From Macrostomum lignano (lineage: Eukaryota): a stretch of 43,457 bases of DNA. Position 1 is the stretch's first letter. Every line of letters starts with the position of its first letter. Made by a program: the position numbers and the translations under genes. This document shows positions 1 through 10,853 of this stretch, piece by piece. The notes beneath the pieces are model-generated. The model was not told the DNA's origin, made no database searches, and was given only the letters and a program-made list of their open reading frames with translations. The stretch is taken from assembly GCA_002269645.1 (NCBI GenBank), contig NIVC01002240.1, positions 147,087 through 190,543 on the forward strand. The letters run 5' to 3'.

Positions 1-371
1 ATAATAATATGTCCGACTCATAGTAATATGCTGCGCCGATGAACCGCAGACGACTTCAATCTGGGCTCAATTCAATTTCAATTTCTATTTGCAACTTCCA
101 ATTGTTTCATATCTTCATGGTCGTCTATGGTATTTCTCTTTCATTAGCTCATGGAATCTACCCAGGTGTGGCAGCTCGAGCAGTTAGTCTTCAACTCCTG
201 CAACTGCAGTGTCAACATCAGCACTTCCAAGTCTTTATTATTTTTTCTATTGATCACTTTTTCTGGTTCCACTTTTCGTTCAACGAATTTCTCGCGTATG
301 CGACAAGTTTACTATTAGTAATTTGAACATATTTTCGTCTCGACAGTGCCTTTCGTTTCTATAGACTCCAT

Positions 372-2140
372 TCAATGATAACCGTATCGTTCCGGGGGTC
401 TAATCGCCGCGCGGTTCCGCAGCCGCGGTATCCAGCTAACGTTATTCGTGCCTGCCCGCTGCGGGGGCGTACTGTGCACTGGGCTCAGATGCATTAAATT
501 CGGTGGAGTGCGCACAGGACTCTGCCTGGCCTGGACCCGCAGGACTCGCCTGCGCCTGCTGGTTTGCATTGGCCGCTGTCTGAGTATTTTCCACTGTTCT
601 ATCTATATTACTTCAGTAGCTTCGTGAGCTCTCTCACGTTGCAAAAATCTAATTCTCTCTGGCCTCTGAATCTCCACTTGGACTCTTTCTGACTCCTCCG
701 AGCCGTCATCACTAGCACTTCCAGCTTCCTCTTCTCGATATTGACGCAACTTTTCTTCTGACAAGTAGCAGGGCTTTGTTCTGTCTACTGTCACTACGTC
801 ATGAATTCTGACGGGTTGCTCTATTCGGTCAACCTTGGACCGGGTTCAATTTTTAAATTTTTTCCATTATTTCTTACTTCAAGCACTCGTACGGACCTAC
901 CCATTTCCTATTCGTATCATAACAGTTCTGCGTATTTGTTATCCAGACCAGGTCACCTGGCTGATAATACTGCTGGAATACTTTCGTGTCATAATTAGAT
1001 TTCTGCCGCCTGACTGATATTTGCTGCTTTTCTCTGGCGATTCTATACGATTCCATGCACTTCTTATACAGATCATGTAAATGTTTATCACGGGTCTTGC
1101 GCTCCGGCGAAGGCAATCCAAGCTCAGCATCAACCGGTAGCCGCATCTTTCGACCATAGACTAATTCGAACGGACTAAATTTATTGCTTTCACTGACCGT
1201 GCTTCGCTGAACCATCAAAGCGTGCGGAAGCACCTCATCCCATGCCAAACTGAGTTCACTCTGAGCTAATCTGATTCCATCTTTCACTACTCTGACCATA
1301 CGCTCGCAGCGACCGTTGCCTGCGGATGGTAGCTAGTAGTATGGCGTAAATCTATTCGGAAATTTTCGGTTAACGATTTCACTAATTCTGCAGTAAACGA
1401 TGTACCTCTGTCTGATATGAATGCTTCAGGGGCACCATGCCGAGTGATCCACTCTGTGTACAGGGCCCAAGCTGTACTTTCAGCTGTACAATCTCTCAGC
1501 GCTTTTACCTCTAGCCAGCCCGTAAAGTGATCAACCATCAGCAGGAGGTACTTGTTCCCCGTGCTGTGGCGTTGAAACGGACCGGCGAAATCTATATGTA
1601 CTTTCTCGCCCATGTAACTGCTGACTTCTGGTTCTAAGGGCGCTCGTGGCTTCGGCCCGTATTTCTTTCTTGTCTGGCACTCAGTACAAGTCTTAATATA
1701 TCTATCTAAGTTCGTTGAATAGTTTGGCCACCAAAATCTCTGTCGAATCAAATCTTTAGTCTTCGAAATACCGCCGTGAGCCATTTGATCATGATACGCT
1801 CTAAACAACTGCTGCTCCAGGGCTTGATTTTCCGGCAGTACAGTCTGCTCAAATTTTCGGCCTTCGGAATCTATCCAATTCCTGTAAATTATGTCATTTT
1901 TCACTAATAGCTGCTCATAATCGCTAAATAAAGACTTATAACTGCGGCTCATTCCAACCCATTCATTTTTGGGCGGACAGGGCTCTCCCTGTCTGAGCTT
2001 TTGCTTGAGCAGCAGCAACTCTGGCTGGCTCTCCTGCAGTTCTACAATTCCCGCTGGCGTATCGATATTAATTGCACCGCAGTGGACTGTTGCTGTCTTC
2101 GTCGCACTGCAAGTGGGGCATTCCTCATGGTAGCGTTTCG
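372..2140 (-). CDS. pol: Pol integrase region, split by single-base frameshifts (ORFs 1287-2018, 874-1299, 603-794, 372-569)
   Basis: HHCC motif (H..MAH...CTEC); catalytic HIDFAG, FISDRG and reconstructed PQANGRCERM; WVGPY motif; C-terminal RLRNRAAIRPPERYGY tail typical of Gypsy integrases. The frame is open back to ~2140 (RYHEECPTC). Confidence 0.9.
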
Positions 2141-3811
2141 GGGACCATCCCGCTGAGGTCTGCGACTCAGGGCGTCTGCGTTACCATGGGCGATCCCTTG
2201 GCGGTACTGAATTGCAAAGTCATATTCCTCCATTCTCGAAATTACTTCAAATTGATCAAACTGCTCAAGGATCATGTTCCATCTGCCTAGCATGCCTTTT
2301 GCACCGTGGCACTTGCGTAGCCATTGGAGGGCCGCGTGGTCTGTCCTGACCTTGAAACGACGGCCGACCAGATAAGGCCGGTAATGTTCTAAGAAATATA
2401 TCAGCGCAAACATTTCCTTCATCGTAGTGCAGTAATTCAACTGATGCTCATTTAACGGATGCGAAGCATAGGCTATTACTTTTTCTTCCCCATCTTGCTC
2501 TTGTAATAAATTTCCACCTATAGCTACGTCACAGGCGTCGACATCGAGGATGAACGGTCCCGCGTCGCTATCGAACCTGGGGTAGCTCAGTACAGGTGCG
2601 CTCACTAGCTTCTGCTTTAAAAGATCGAATGCCTTCTGGCAATCGTCATCCCACTTATACTTGACATCTTTTCTAGTTAAATTATTTAGGGGCTCACTTA
2701 TTCGCGCAAAGTCTTTAATAAATCTGCGATAGTAGCCGGCTAAGCCTAAGAATCCGCGCAGCTCAGAGATATTCTCTGGCCGGGGCCATGTTTGGACTTT
2801 TTCTATCTTATCTTTGCTGGTATAGATACCGTGCTGGCAGACGGTGTGCCCTAGGAAGGTGACTTCTTTCCGAAACAGAAAGGTCTTCTCTGGCTTGATT
2901 TTCATACCAGCATCTGCTAATCGAGAGAAAATTAATTCTAAATTACTGAGCATTTCTTCGAAATTCTTGCCTGTGCAAATTACATCATCTAGGTAGAGTA
3001 AGGCGAACTTATAAGCGTAATCGCCTAAGATCTTCTGCATTATGCGCTGAAAGCAAGCGGGTCCATTCGTGACTCCGAAAGGCAAAACTTTCCACTGGAA
3101 CAGGCCATCATGGGTTCGAAACGCTAATTTCTCGCGGTCAGTCTCTCTGACCTTCACTGACCAATAAGCGCCGACCATGTCTAGGGTGCTAAAGTACATG
3201 TTGCCTGCCAGGGATTCCAGCGATTCTTGAATTAGCGGTAACGGAAAACTGTCCTTCTTAGTCTTATTATTTAACTGTCTGAAATCACAGCAAAATCTGA
3301 ATTCTCCGGACTTCTTCCGGGCGAGAACAATAGGGCAACTCCACTCAGATTCTGAGGGCTCAATCAAATCGTGCTCTAACAGCTGCTGCACATGCCCACT
3401 AACAAATTCTCGTTGCTCAGGGCTTTGCTTGCGCAGGGGAATTCTGACTGGGATTTCATCGGTAGTCTCGATCTTGAATTCGCCCATCTGGGTCTTGCCG
3501 ATATCCCACTGATCCTTCGAAACAATATTCTGGTAACGATGTAATAATTCAATTACTTTTATCTTCTGAGCCTCACTTAAATCGGTCTCGTTTAAGCGGA
3601 ATTGTTCCCTAAGTCTGTTCGCTTCCTGCACCGTGACCGCTGCCTTCTGCTGCTTCCGCGCACCTGCTTCTAAATCAGTTTCTGACATTGCGAAAAGTTC
3701 TACTTCTTCCTTCAGCGGTTGATACTGCGCCACTATCTCATCCTTATGAATTGTCTGAGCCTCTTCTGTCAGGTTCATTAATCTAACGTAAGTTTCACCG
3801 AATTCGTCCAA
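2042..3811 (-). CDS. pol: Pol reverse transcriptase and RNase H
   Basis: PIVLARKKSGEFRFCCDFRQLN, DSFPLP, VLPFGVTNGP, YLDD (2984-2995), FLGLAGYYRRF, DVDACD, FKVRTDH, HGNADALSRRP. Confidence 0.97.
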   Translation of the reverse strand: MDEFGETYVRLMNLTEEAQTIHKDEIVAQYQPLKEEVELFAMSETDLEAGARKQQKAAVTVQEANRLREQFRLNETDLSEAQKIKVIELLHRYQNIVSKDQWDIGKTQMGEFKIETTDEIPVRIPLRKQSPEQREFVSGHVQQLLEHDLIEPSESEWSCPIVLARKKSGEFRFCCDFRQLNNKTKKDSFPLPLIQESLESLAGNMYFSTLDMVGAYWSVKVRETDREKLAFRTHDGLFQWKVLPFGVTNGPACFQRIMQKILGDYAYKFALLYLDDVICTGKNFEEMLSNLELIFSRLADAGMKIKPEKTFLFRKEVTFLGHTVCQHGIYTSKDKIEKVQTWPRPENISELRGFLGLAGYYRRFIKDFARISEPLNNLTRKDVKYKWDDDCQKAFDLLKQKLVSAPVLSYPRFDSDAGPFILDVDACDVAIGGNLLQEQDGEEKVIAYASHPLNEHQLNYCTTMKEMFALIYFLEHYRPYLVGRRFKVRTDHAALQWLRKCHGAKGMLGRWNMILEQFDQFEVISRMEEYDFAIQYRQGIAHGNADALSRRPQRDGPRNATMRNAPLAVRRRQQQSTAVQLISIRQREL

Positions 3812-3812
3812 T

Positions 3813-5147
3813 CTAGTAATAGCTTTGGGCTACTAATGGCTCATCTTTCTCGCTAATTTGACTGCGGCCTGAAATGAAGCCGAGTTCTGCAGTTTCTGGA
3901 GTATCTTTACATTTAGCCTTGACATAAATTTCGCTCATCGGTGCTATAGATACTTTCTTGACTACTTGCAGTAGGACGCAACGCGTTTCATCACTCGTTG
4001 TTACAAGCGGAATTCTGCGATCACTAAATTCTAAGGATTTGCCTGCTATATCTAATTTAATTTTATGCCTAGTTAACAAATCGATGCCTATAATTGATGA
4101 TGTTAGTAAGCCTTCAGCCACATAGAATGGGTGCGTAATCTCGCAGTCCCCGAATCTGACGCGCAATGCTACTTGGCCTAATAAATTTGAAGTTTGGCCA
4201 TTTGCGGATCGCATATTTACAGAGCATGGCTTCAAACTATGATTTGCCGGATAGAGGCGCTGATATAATTTACTATCAATTAGGCAATTCGAGGCGCCGG
4301 TGTCAACTAATATTTTTTCGCTTAATCCGTTAATCTGGCTATCGAGGAATAATCCTGAATTCACTAATTGGCTAGATATGTCTGCTTCTACGGTCTTCTC
4401 TTGCTTCTCTGTTGCTTTCTTTTCAGCTGCCACATCTCGCTGGATGGCTGTCTCTAACTTTCTTAATTCTTGCTTCATTTCCCTAAGTTCAGCTCTAAGT
4501 TCTGCTGTCGTGGCACTCTTGTCAGGTTCTTCTCTCGTTGATTCTTCTTGGACTTTTTCTACCAAGCATTGGCGCAAGTCCTTCAATTCGGTTCTAAGTT
4601 CTGACAATTCTTTTACTACTTTCGATTCGTCTGATGAAGCTTTCTTGCCTTCCACCTCACTGAGTCTCAAGTCTATGCTATTCAATGCACTTCTCTGAGC
4701 TGCCGCAGCTTCGCTTCGTTTCTCTAATTCTTCTGTCAATGCCTCTGACTGTCTAGCTAAGCTCGCTGACTTCTGTTTGTTAATTTCTGCTAATCTGCGT
4801 TCCTCGCTTGAGCAAATTCTAACATTGACTGCTCTCTGTTTCCTACTATGAGTAGTATCGTTAGTGCGAATAAATTTTACTGTCGCCCTCTGGCGCAGAA
4901 AATGCATAATTTCGTAATCAGTTGCTATATTAGTATTAGTCACATGAAAGAATATATCTCTATTATTGCTATCTCGCAGGAATCCGTAGCCTCTGTAATA
5001 ATTATACCAAACTAAATTTCCATATTCTACATTGACTGAGCTGTCTTGCTGGTCCTCTACTGCTGCAGCTCTTCTATTGGGAGTGAATCGGTTTAGTGGC
5101 TGGGGGCGGTTGGCCCTCCCTTGGTGCCGCCCCGTCGGTAGTTTAAA
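3813..5147 (-). CDS. pol: Pol N-terminal part: cold-shock domain (4815-5024), coiled coil (~4380-4810) and aspartic protease; the frame is open from the slippery site at 5147, upstream of the track start at 4943
   Basis: Manual translation 5' of 4943 gives ...EYGNLVWYNYYRGYGFLRDSNNRDIFFHVTNTN... with no stop back to a TAG just before the slippery site. Protease motif DTG at 4296-4304, followed by IIGIDLL. Confidence 0.88.
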   Translation of the reverse strand, partial: FKLPTGRHQGRANRPQPLNRFTPNRRAAAVEDQQDSSVNVEYGNLVWYNYYRGYGFLRDSNNRDIFFHVTNTNIATDYEIMHFLRQRATVKFIRTNDTTHSRKQRAVNVRICSSEERRLAEINKQKSASLARQSEALTEELEKRSEAAAAQRSALNSIDLRLSEVEGKKASSDESKVVKELSELRTELKDLRQCLVEKVQEESTREEPDKSATTAELRAELREMKQELRKLETAIQRDVAAEKKATEKQEKTVEADISSQLVNSGLFLDSQINGLSEKILVDTGASNCLIDSKLYQRLYPANHSLKPCSVNMRSANGQTSNLLGQVALRVRFGDCEITHPFYVAEGLLTSSIIGIDLLTRHKIKLDIAGKSLEFSDRRIPLVTTSDETRCVLLQVVKKVSIAPMSEIYVKAKCKDTPETAELGFISGRSQISEKDEPLVAQSYY

Positions 5148-6324
5148 GAATTTCGTCTAACTGGGCAGTCTCTGGCCAGGTGAGTTTCTTCGCCGCACTC
5201 ATAACAGGCCTTTCTCGCATTTGGCGCGTTCGCCCCCGAAGGTTTGAACCTGTCATTGGCCCCTCCGGCCTCGTGACCAAAGCGTGGCGGGCGTGTTGTG
5301 GCGGGCCTGACAAATGGCGAAGACTGCCTATTATAGGGTCTCGAGTAACTGCTCATGTGATGCTGTGGCCGAAAGCTATTCGGAGGCTGCACTGGTGCCT
5401 GTGGCCTATAGCTTGGGTTCATTTGTCTATGGGCGAACCTAGGTTGCCATTGCCTGTAGTCGAACTGAGGCTGATAATTCTGGTACGGTTGGTACTGCGA
5501 AGGATAATTGCTCGGGGAAGCAAACTGAGGTCCAAATGACTGGAGGCCTTGGTCCGCGCTGGGTGCTGGCTTTTTCTGCTCTTTTTCTACTTGAGCTGTC
5601 AAAGTATTTGAGCCCTCCTGCTTCCTCCTATTCTTTTGACTGCCTGGATTTGCGAGTTCTTCGAGGATCTCCTCGTTCTTTGCTGCAGTCAGTAAATCTT
5701 GCGTCTGGTATTTCGATTCATGCGTTCTGCGATAGGCAATAACTGCGCGCCTGACTTTATAATTCGCTATGCCGGCTTCAAATCGTTCAGAAACTCGCTC
5801 TCTAGCCTGACTCTCTAGTCCTGCTTTCCTAACTAATTCAACTAGCGCGTCGTAAAATTCTTCTAACGATTCGTCTTCCTTCTGCCTGCGGTTCATCAGC
5901 TCTAGCTTCGCTTCTTCCTTCTGTCCTACGGGCTTAAATTTGTCCTTTAAAGTCTTTTCGATGCTTTCGAAAGATTCGGTGCTCGCTAGGCCTAAGTTAA
6001 TGTAAACCTTGTAGGCGTCTTCGTCTAGGAGCGACAATAGCTGATACACTTTAGCCGATTCGTCTATACTGTTGCCTTGACAGTAGTTGTTGAAGATTCT
6101 TAGAAACAATTCGAAATCTGAGCCAAGTCGGTATGGCTTTGGCTTTGCTACGCTGTTATGCGACTTCAAAATCCTCTAGGTTCAGGATTTTCGGTTTCCA
6201 TTCTTCTTATGCGATCCTGCAGTTCTCTCACTACTGTTCTCAAATGTTCGGCCTCATCTACTTCGCCTTCGTTCCTAATCTCAACTGACTTCGATTCTTG
6301 ACTATTTTCTCCGTCCTGCGCCAT
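5093..6324 (-). CDS. gag: Gag with one CCHC zinc knuckle; likely true start ATG at 6324 with a 1-nt frameshift near 6169
   Basis: KPKPYRLGSDFELFLRIF, RRQKEDESLEEFYDAL, and knuckle CYECGEETHLARDC (5165-5206). The upstream mini-ORF MAQDGENSQ...EPRGF joins in frame if one T is restored in the TTTT run. Confidence 0.9.
5103..5147 (-). promoter_or_regulatory. -1 programmed ribosomal frameshift signal (U_UUA_AAC, 7-nt spacer, GGGGCGG/CCGCCCC hairpin)
   Basis: In the gag frame TCT TTA AAC puts the heptamer in X_XXY_YYZ phase (5141-5147). Pol is in the -1 frame and is closed by TAG three codons upstream. A 7-bp all-GC stem spans 5103-5133. Confidence 0.85.
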
Positions 6325-6830
6325 TGCTAAGTTTCAACCAATTGGAATTTCTATTACTGCAACTTCAGAAAGTACAACTTGTAAGGCTATAACAATTTCA
6401 ATAATCTAGTTTTCTATTTTATCTACTGAGCGGAATCGGTCGCCTCGCTCGCACTGGCAATAACTGATAAGAAAACTGAATGTACACTGAGACAAATTCA
6501 ACCAATGTACTCTCTAGTGCGCGCACTCGCAGACTATGCTGATAAACACTAATGAAATTTTCAACTGTAAACAAAATCTACTTTCACACGCAAGTTTCTA
6601 TTAAAGTACTAATTTTAGTTTTAGAAAGTCAATTTTATTTTTCCCACTCCTAAATCCTATTCAGTATTTTGGGGTAACTGGCCAACCGCAAAACCACACC
6701 TAATGCGGAGTTGCTGCACACTGCGTGGTTGACGAAATAGCCGCTACGAGCCTGGAACAGACTCGTTGAATTTTAGTCTAAGCTTGCTCACTTAGAGCGC
6801 CTACCAATAAACTGCCGCCTGCTAACTATT

Positions 6831-6848
6831 GGATTCCCAGGGGCTCCA
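6831..6848 (-). promoter_or_regulatory. Putative primer-binding site (TGGAGCCCCTGGGAATCC)
   Basis: It begins with TGG, 2 nt after the ...TCACA LTR end. The cognate tRNA was not identified. Confidence 0.55.
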
Positions 6849-6850
6849 CT

Positions 6851-7910
6851 TGTGATAAATAGGCAATTAGATAATAGCATGCACGGTAAGCAATTATTTA
6901 GGCCCTAGACAAACCTACTTGGAGCGTTTGGAGATTTTAAAGCTATTAATCCTAATCGCCTATCGCCGGTCGGCGAGTTCTACCAGTCTTCTCCAATAGC
7001 CGCAGGTACAGTACAAGAAAATAAAGAACACGAGGAAACACAAACCGAAAGATTTAGAGAGTGATAATCCTATTTCAAGAACAACTAACTTGATTGACGG
7101 TTTAATTTGATTAGCTGAGTTACAAGATTCAACAAGATTCAATTACAAGATGCAATTCGCGGCGCAGATAAATTGACACAGATGATAATAACGATTAATA
7201 ACTAATAAATTAATTACGCAACTGGCAAGCGGAGCTCAGCTGAAGAAGAAGAAGAAGGCACCGAACACAGGACCACGGAGAAAGACTCCTAACCCCTGGC
7301 CTAAACCAGAACCTACTCTCAAACGAGAGCCCTGCCGAACCGACCGTTCAACGGAGTACCGACTAAGTTCTATCGGCACTGCCCTTCAGTGTAACACTGG
7401 GCCCTCGGGGTCGAGGCCGCGTACTTGATCAGATCCGACAGTCTCTATCTAACCGCGCTTGATAGCGACGACTTCAGACAGAAATTTGCCGTAGACGTTA
7501 CGCCACAAGACTACTGCGGTTGGGCGGGAACAAAGATACGGACCGGGGGTGATGAAATCAAAACGCCTCAAAGCGCGAACCAACAAGGGGAAAAACTCGG
7601 GCCACCGGCCGGGAACTGGACAAGACAAACCGGGAAAAGGAGAGAGAAGCGAGATCCGATTGCCAAAACACACTTTCATATATAGCCAGAGTCAACCCCT
7701 CAAAACCCCCTCAAGCCGGGTGGTGGTCGTCTGGCCGGCCGCTTGCTAAGCCGATTTGCACTGTGCCCGCGGCGCCGGGTAGAACTGAAACTTGCCGCGT
7801 GCCAGGGTCCAGGCCGGTTCTGATTGGCTGACCGCGCAAAGCTGGGGTTCGCAGACAAAACTCAACCCTCCGCTGAGTCACAGATGGCGTCTAACTCTAA
7901 CCTGTTTACA
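6851..7910 (-). repeat. Putative 5' LTR
   Basis: Minus-strand TGTAAACA at 7910 and TCACA at 6851, next to the PBS. An alternative start TGTTACA lies at 7396. There is no second LTR in the window to confirm the ends. Confidence 0.55.
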
Positions 7911-8111
7911 AATTTAGATTCCAACTAACAAGAAAAAAGTACACCAAAAACGCATGACTAAACTAAAGCAAAATAACAATTCAATAACAATATAGAAACT
8001 AATGCAGTCAATTTACAACAAAATACACGCAAAGATGCTCACACTACAAGGTAATAATATATAATAATACTTACAAGAATTATGCTGTCTAATTTTGCTA
8101 AAAAAAACCAG

Positions 8112-10116
<2,005 letters not shown>

Positions 10117-10853
10117 CTGATCGACCCAGTGCTTTTGTGAGAATGAAACTGGATCGTATTTCTGCAATGTGCTATGTTTAGACGTACAACGACTTACAAA
10201 GTTATGTAGAGTTTTTGAGTTATATATTGTAGAAAGTGTCTGATTTTTCAATATTAGCGTAGAACTTCTAAAGTTGACAAATATTTGCTTTGAACTGGAT
10301 AGAACTGTAGTATGGTATTTAAAATATAAGCAGTCCGCACAGCAATGCCAATAATCTTTGGAAGCCAAGTTACGAGCTAACCTATTAATATATAGCCTGA
10401 AAATCTTCCTAACAAAGCCTTAAAGTCGTCTGTATCGTTTCAAAATGTTGTTAAAATCGCTGAAACTCGTGCTTTGGTGCTTATTTTGGTTGAAAACTTT
10501 CAAATTCCATTTACGATTTGACTGATCGTCTCTTCAGTTGCTATTCGTTTTGGCTGTCATTCTTTGCAGCGCATTGAAAGTGCCTCCTGTAATTTTTTAT
10601 ACTGTCATGATGGCTACTTATATGGAGCACAAGGCTATTTAGTTGTCAGTCAATGGGAGTTTAGGGGCATGGTCTTGCTTGCGGCCAAGCCAAATCGAGC
10701 GCTTGTATTTCGGAACTGAAAGAAGGCATCCACACTGAAAGATGGTATTGATATACTAGCTTACAACTCGAAGGATTAACAAAGTTTGGACATAGACACA
10801 GTTTAAGCACATACGTATTGGCTGCATTAACGGATCATTAGGCATAACATATA

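Larger units (their letters stand above)
372..7910 (-). mobile_element. Ty3/Gypsy LTR retrotransposon (5' LTR, PBS, gag, pol with CSD-coiled coil-PR-RT-RH-IN); 3' LTR not seen, presumably left of the window; antisense inside an ABCC intron
   Basis: Domain order PR (LVDTGAS), RT (YLDD), RNase H (DVDACD, TDH, ADALSRRP), IN (HHCC, D-D-E, GPY) is the Gypsy order. Gag carries a CCHC knuckle. A putative PBS sits next to a TG...CA-bounded LTR candidate. Confidence 0.95.

Noticed and set aside
4300-4698. Plus-strand hydrophobic 132-aa ORF
   Set aside because: Antisense shadow of the E/K-rich coiled coil.
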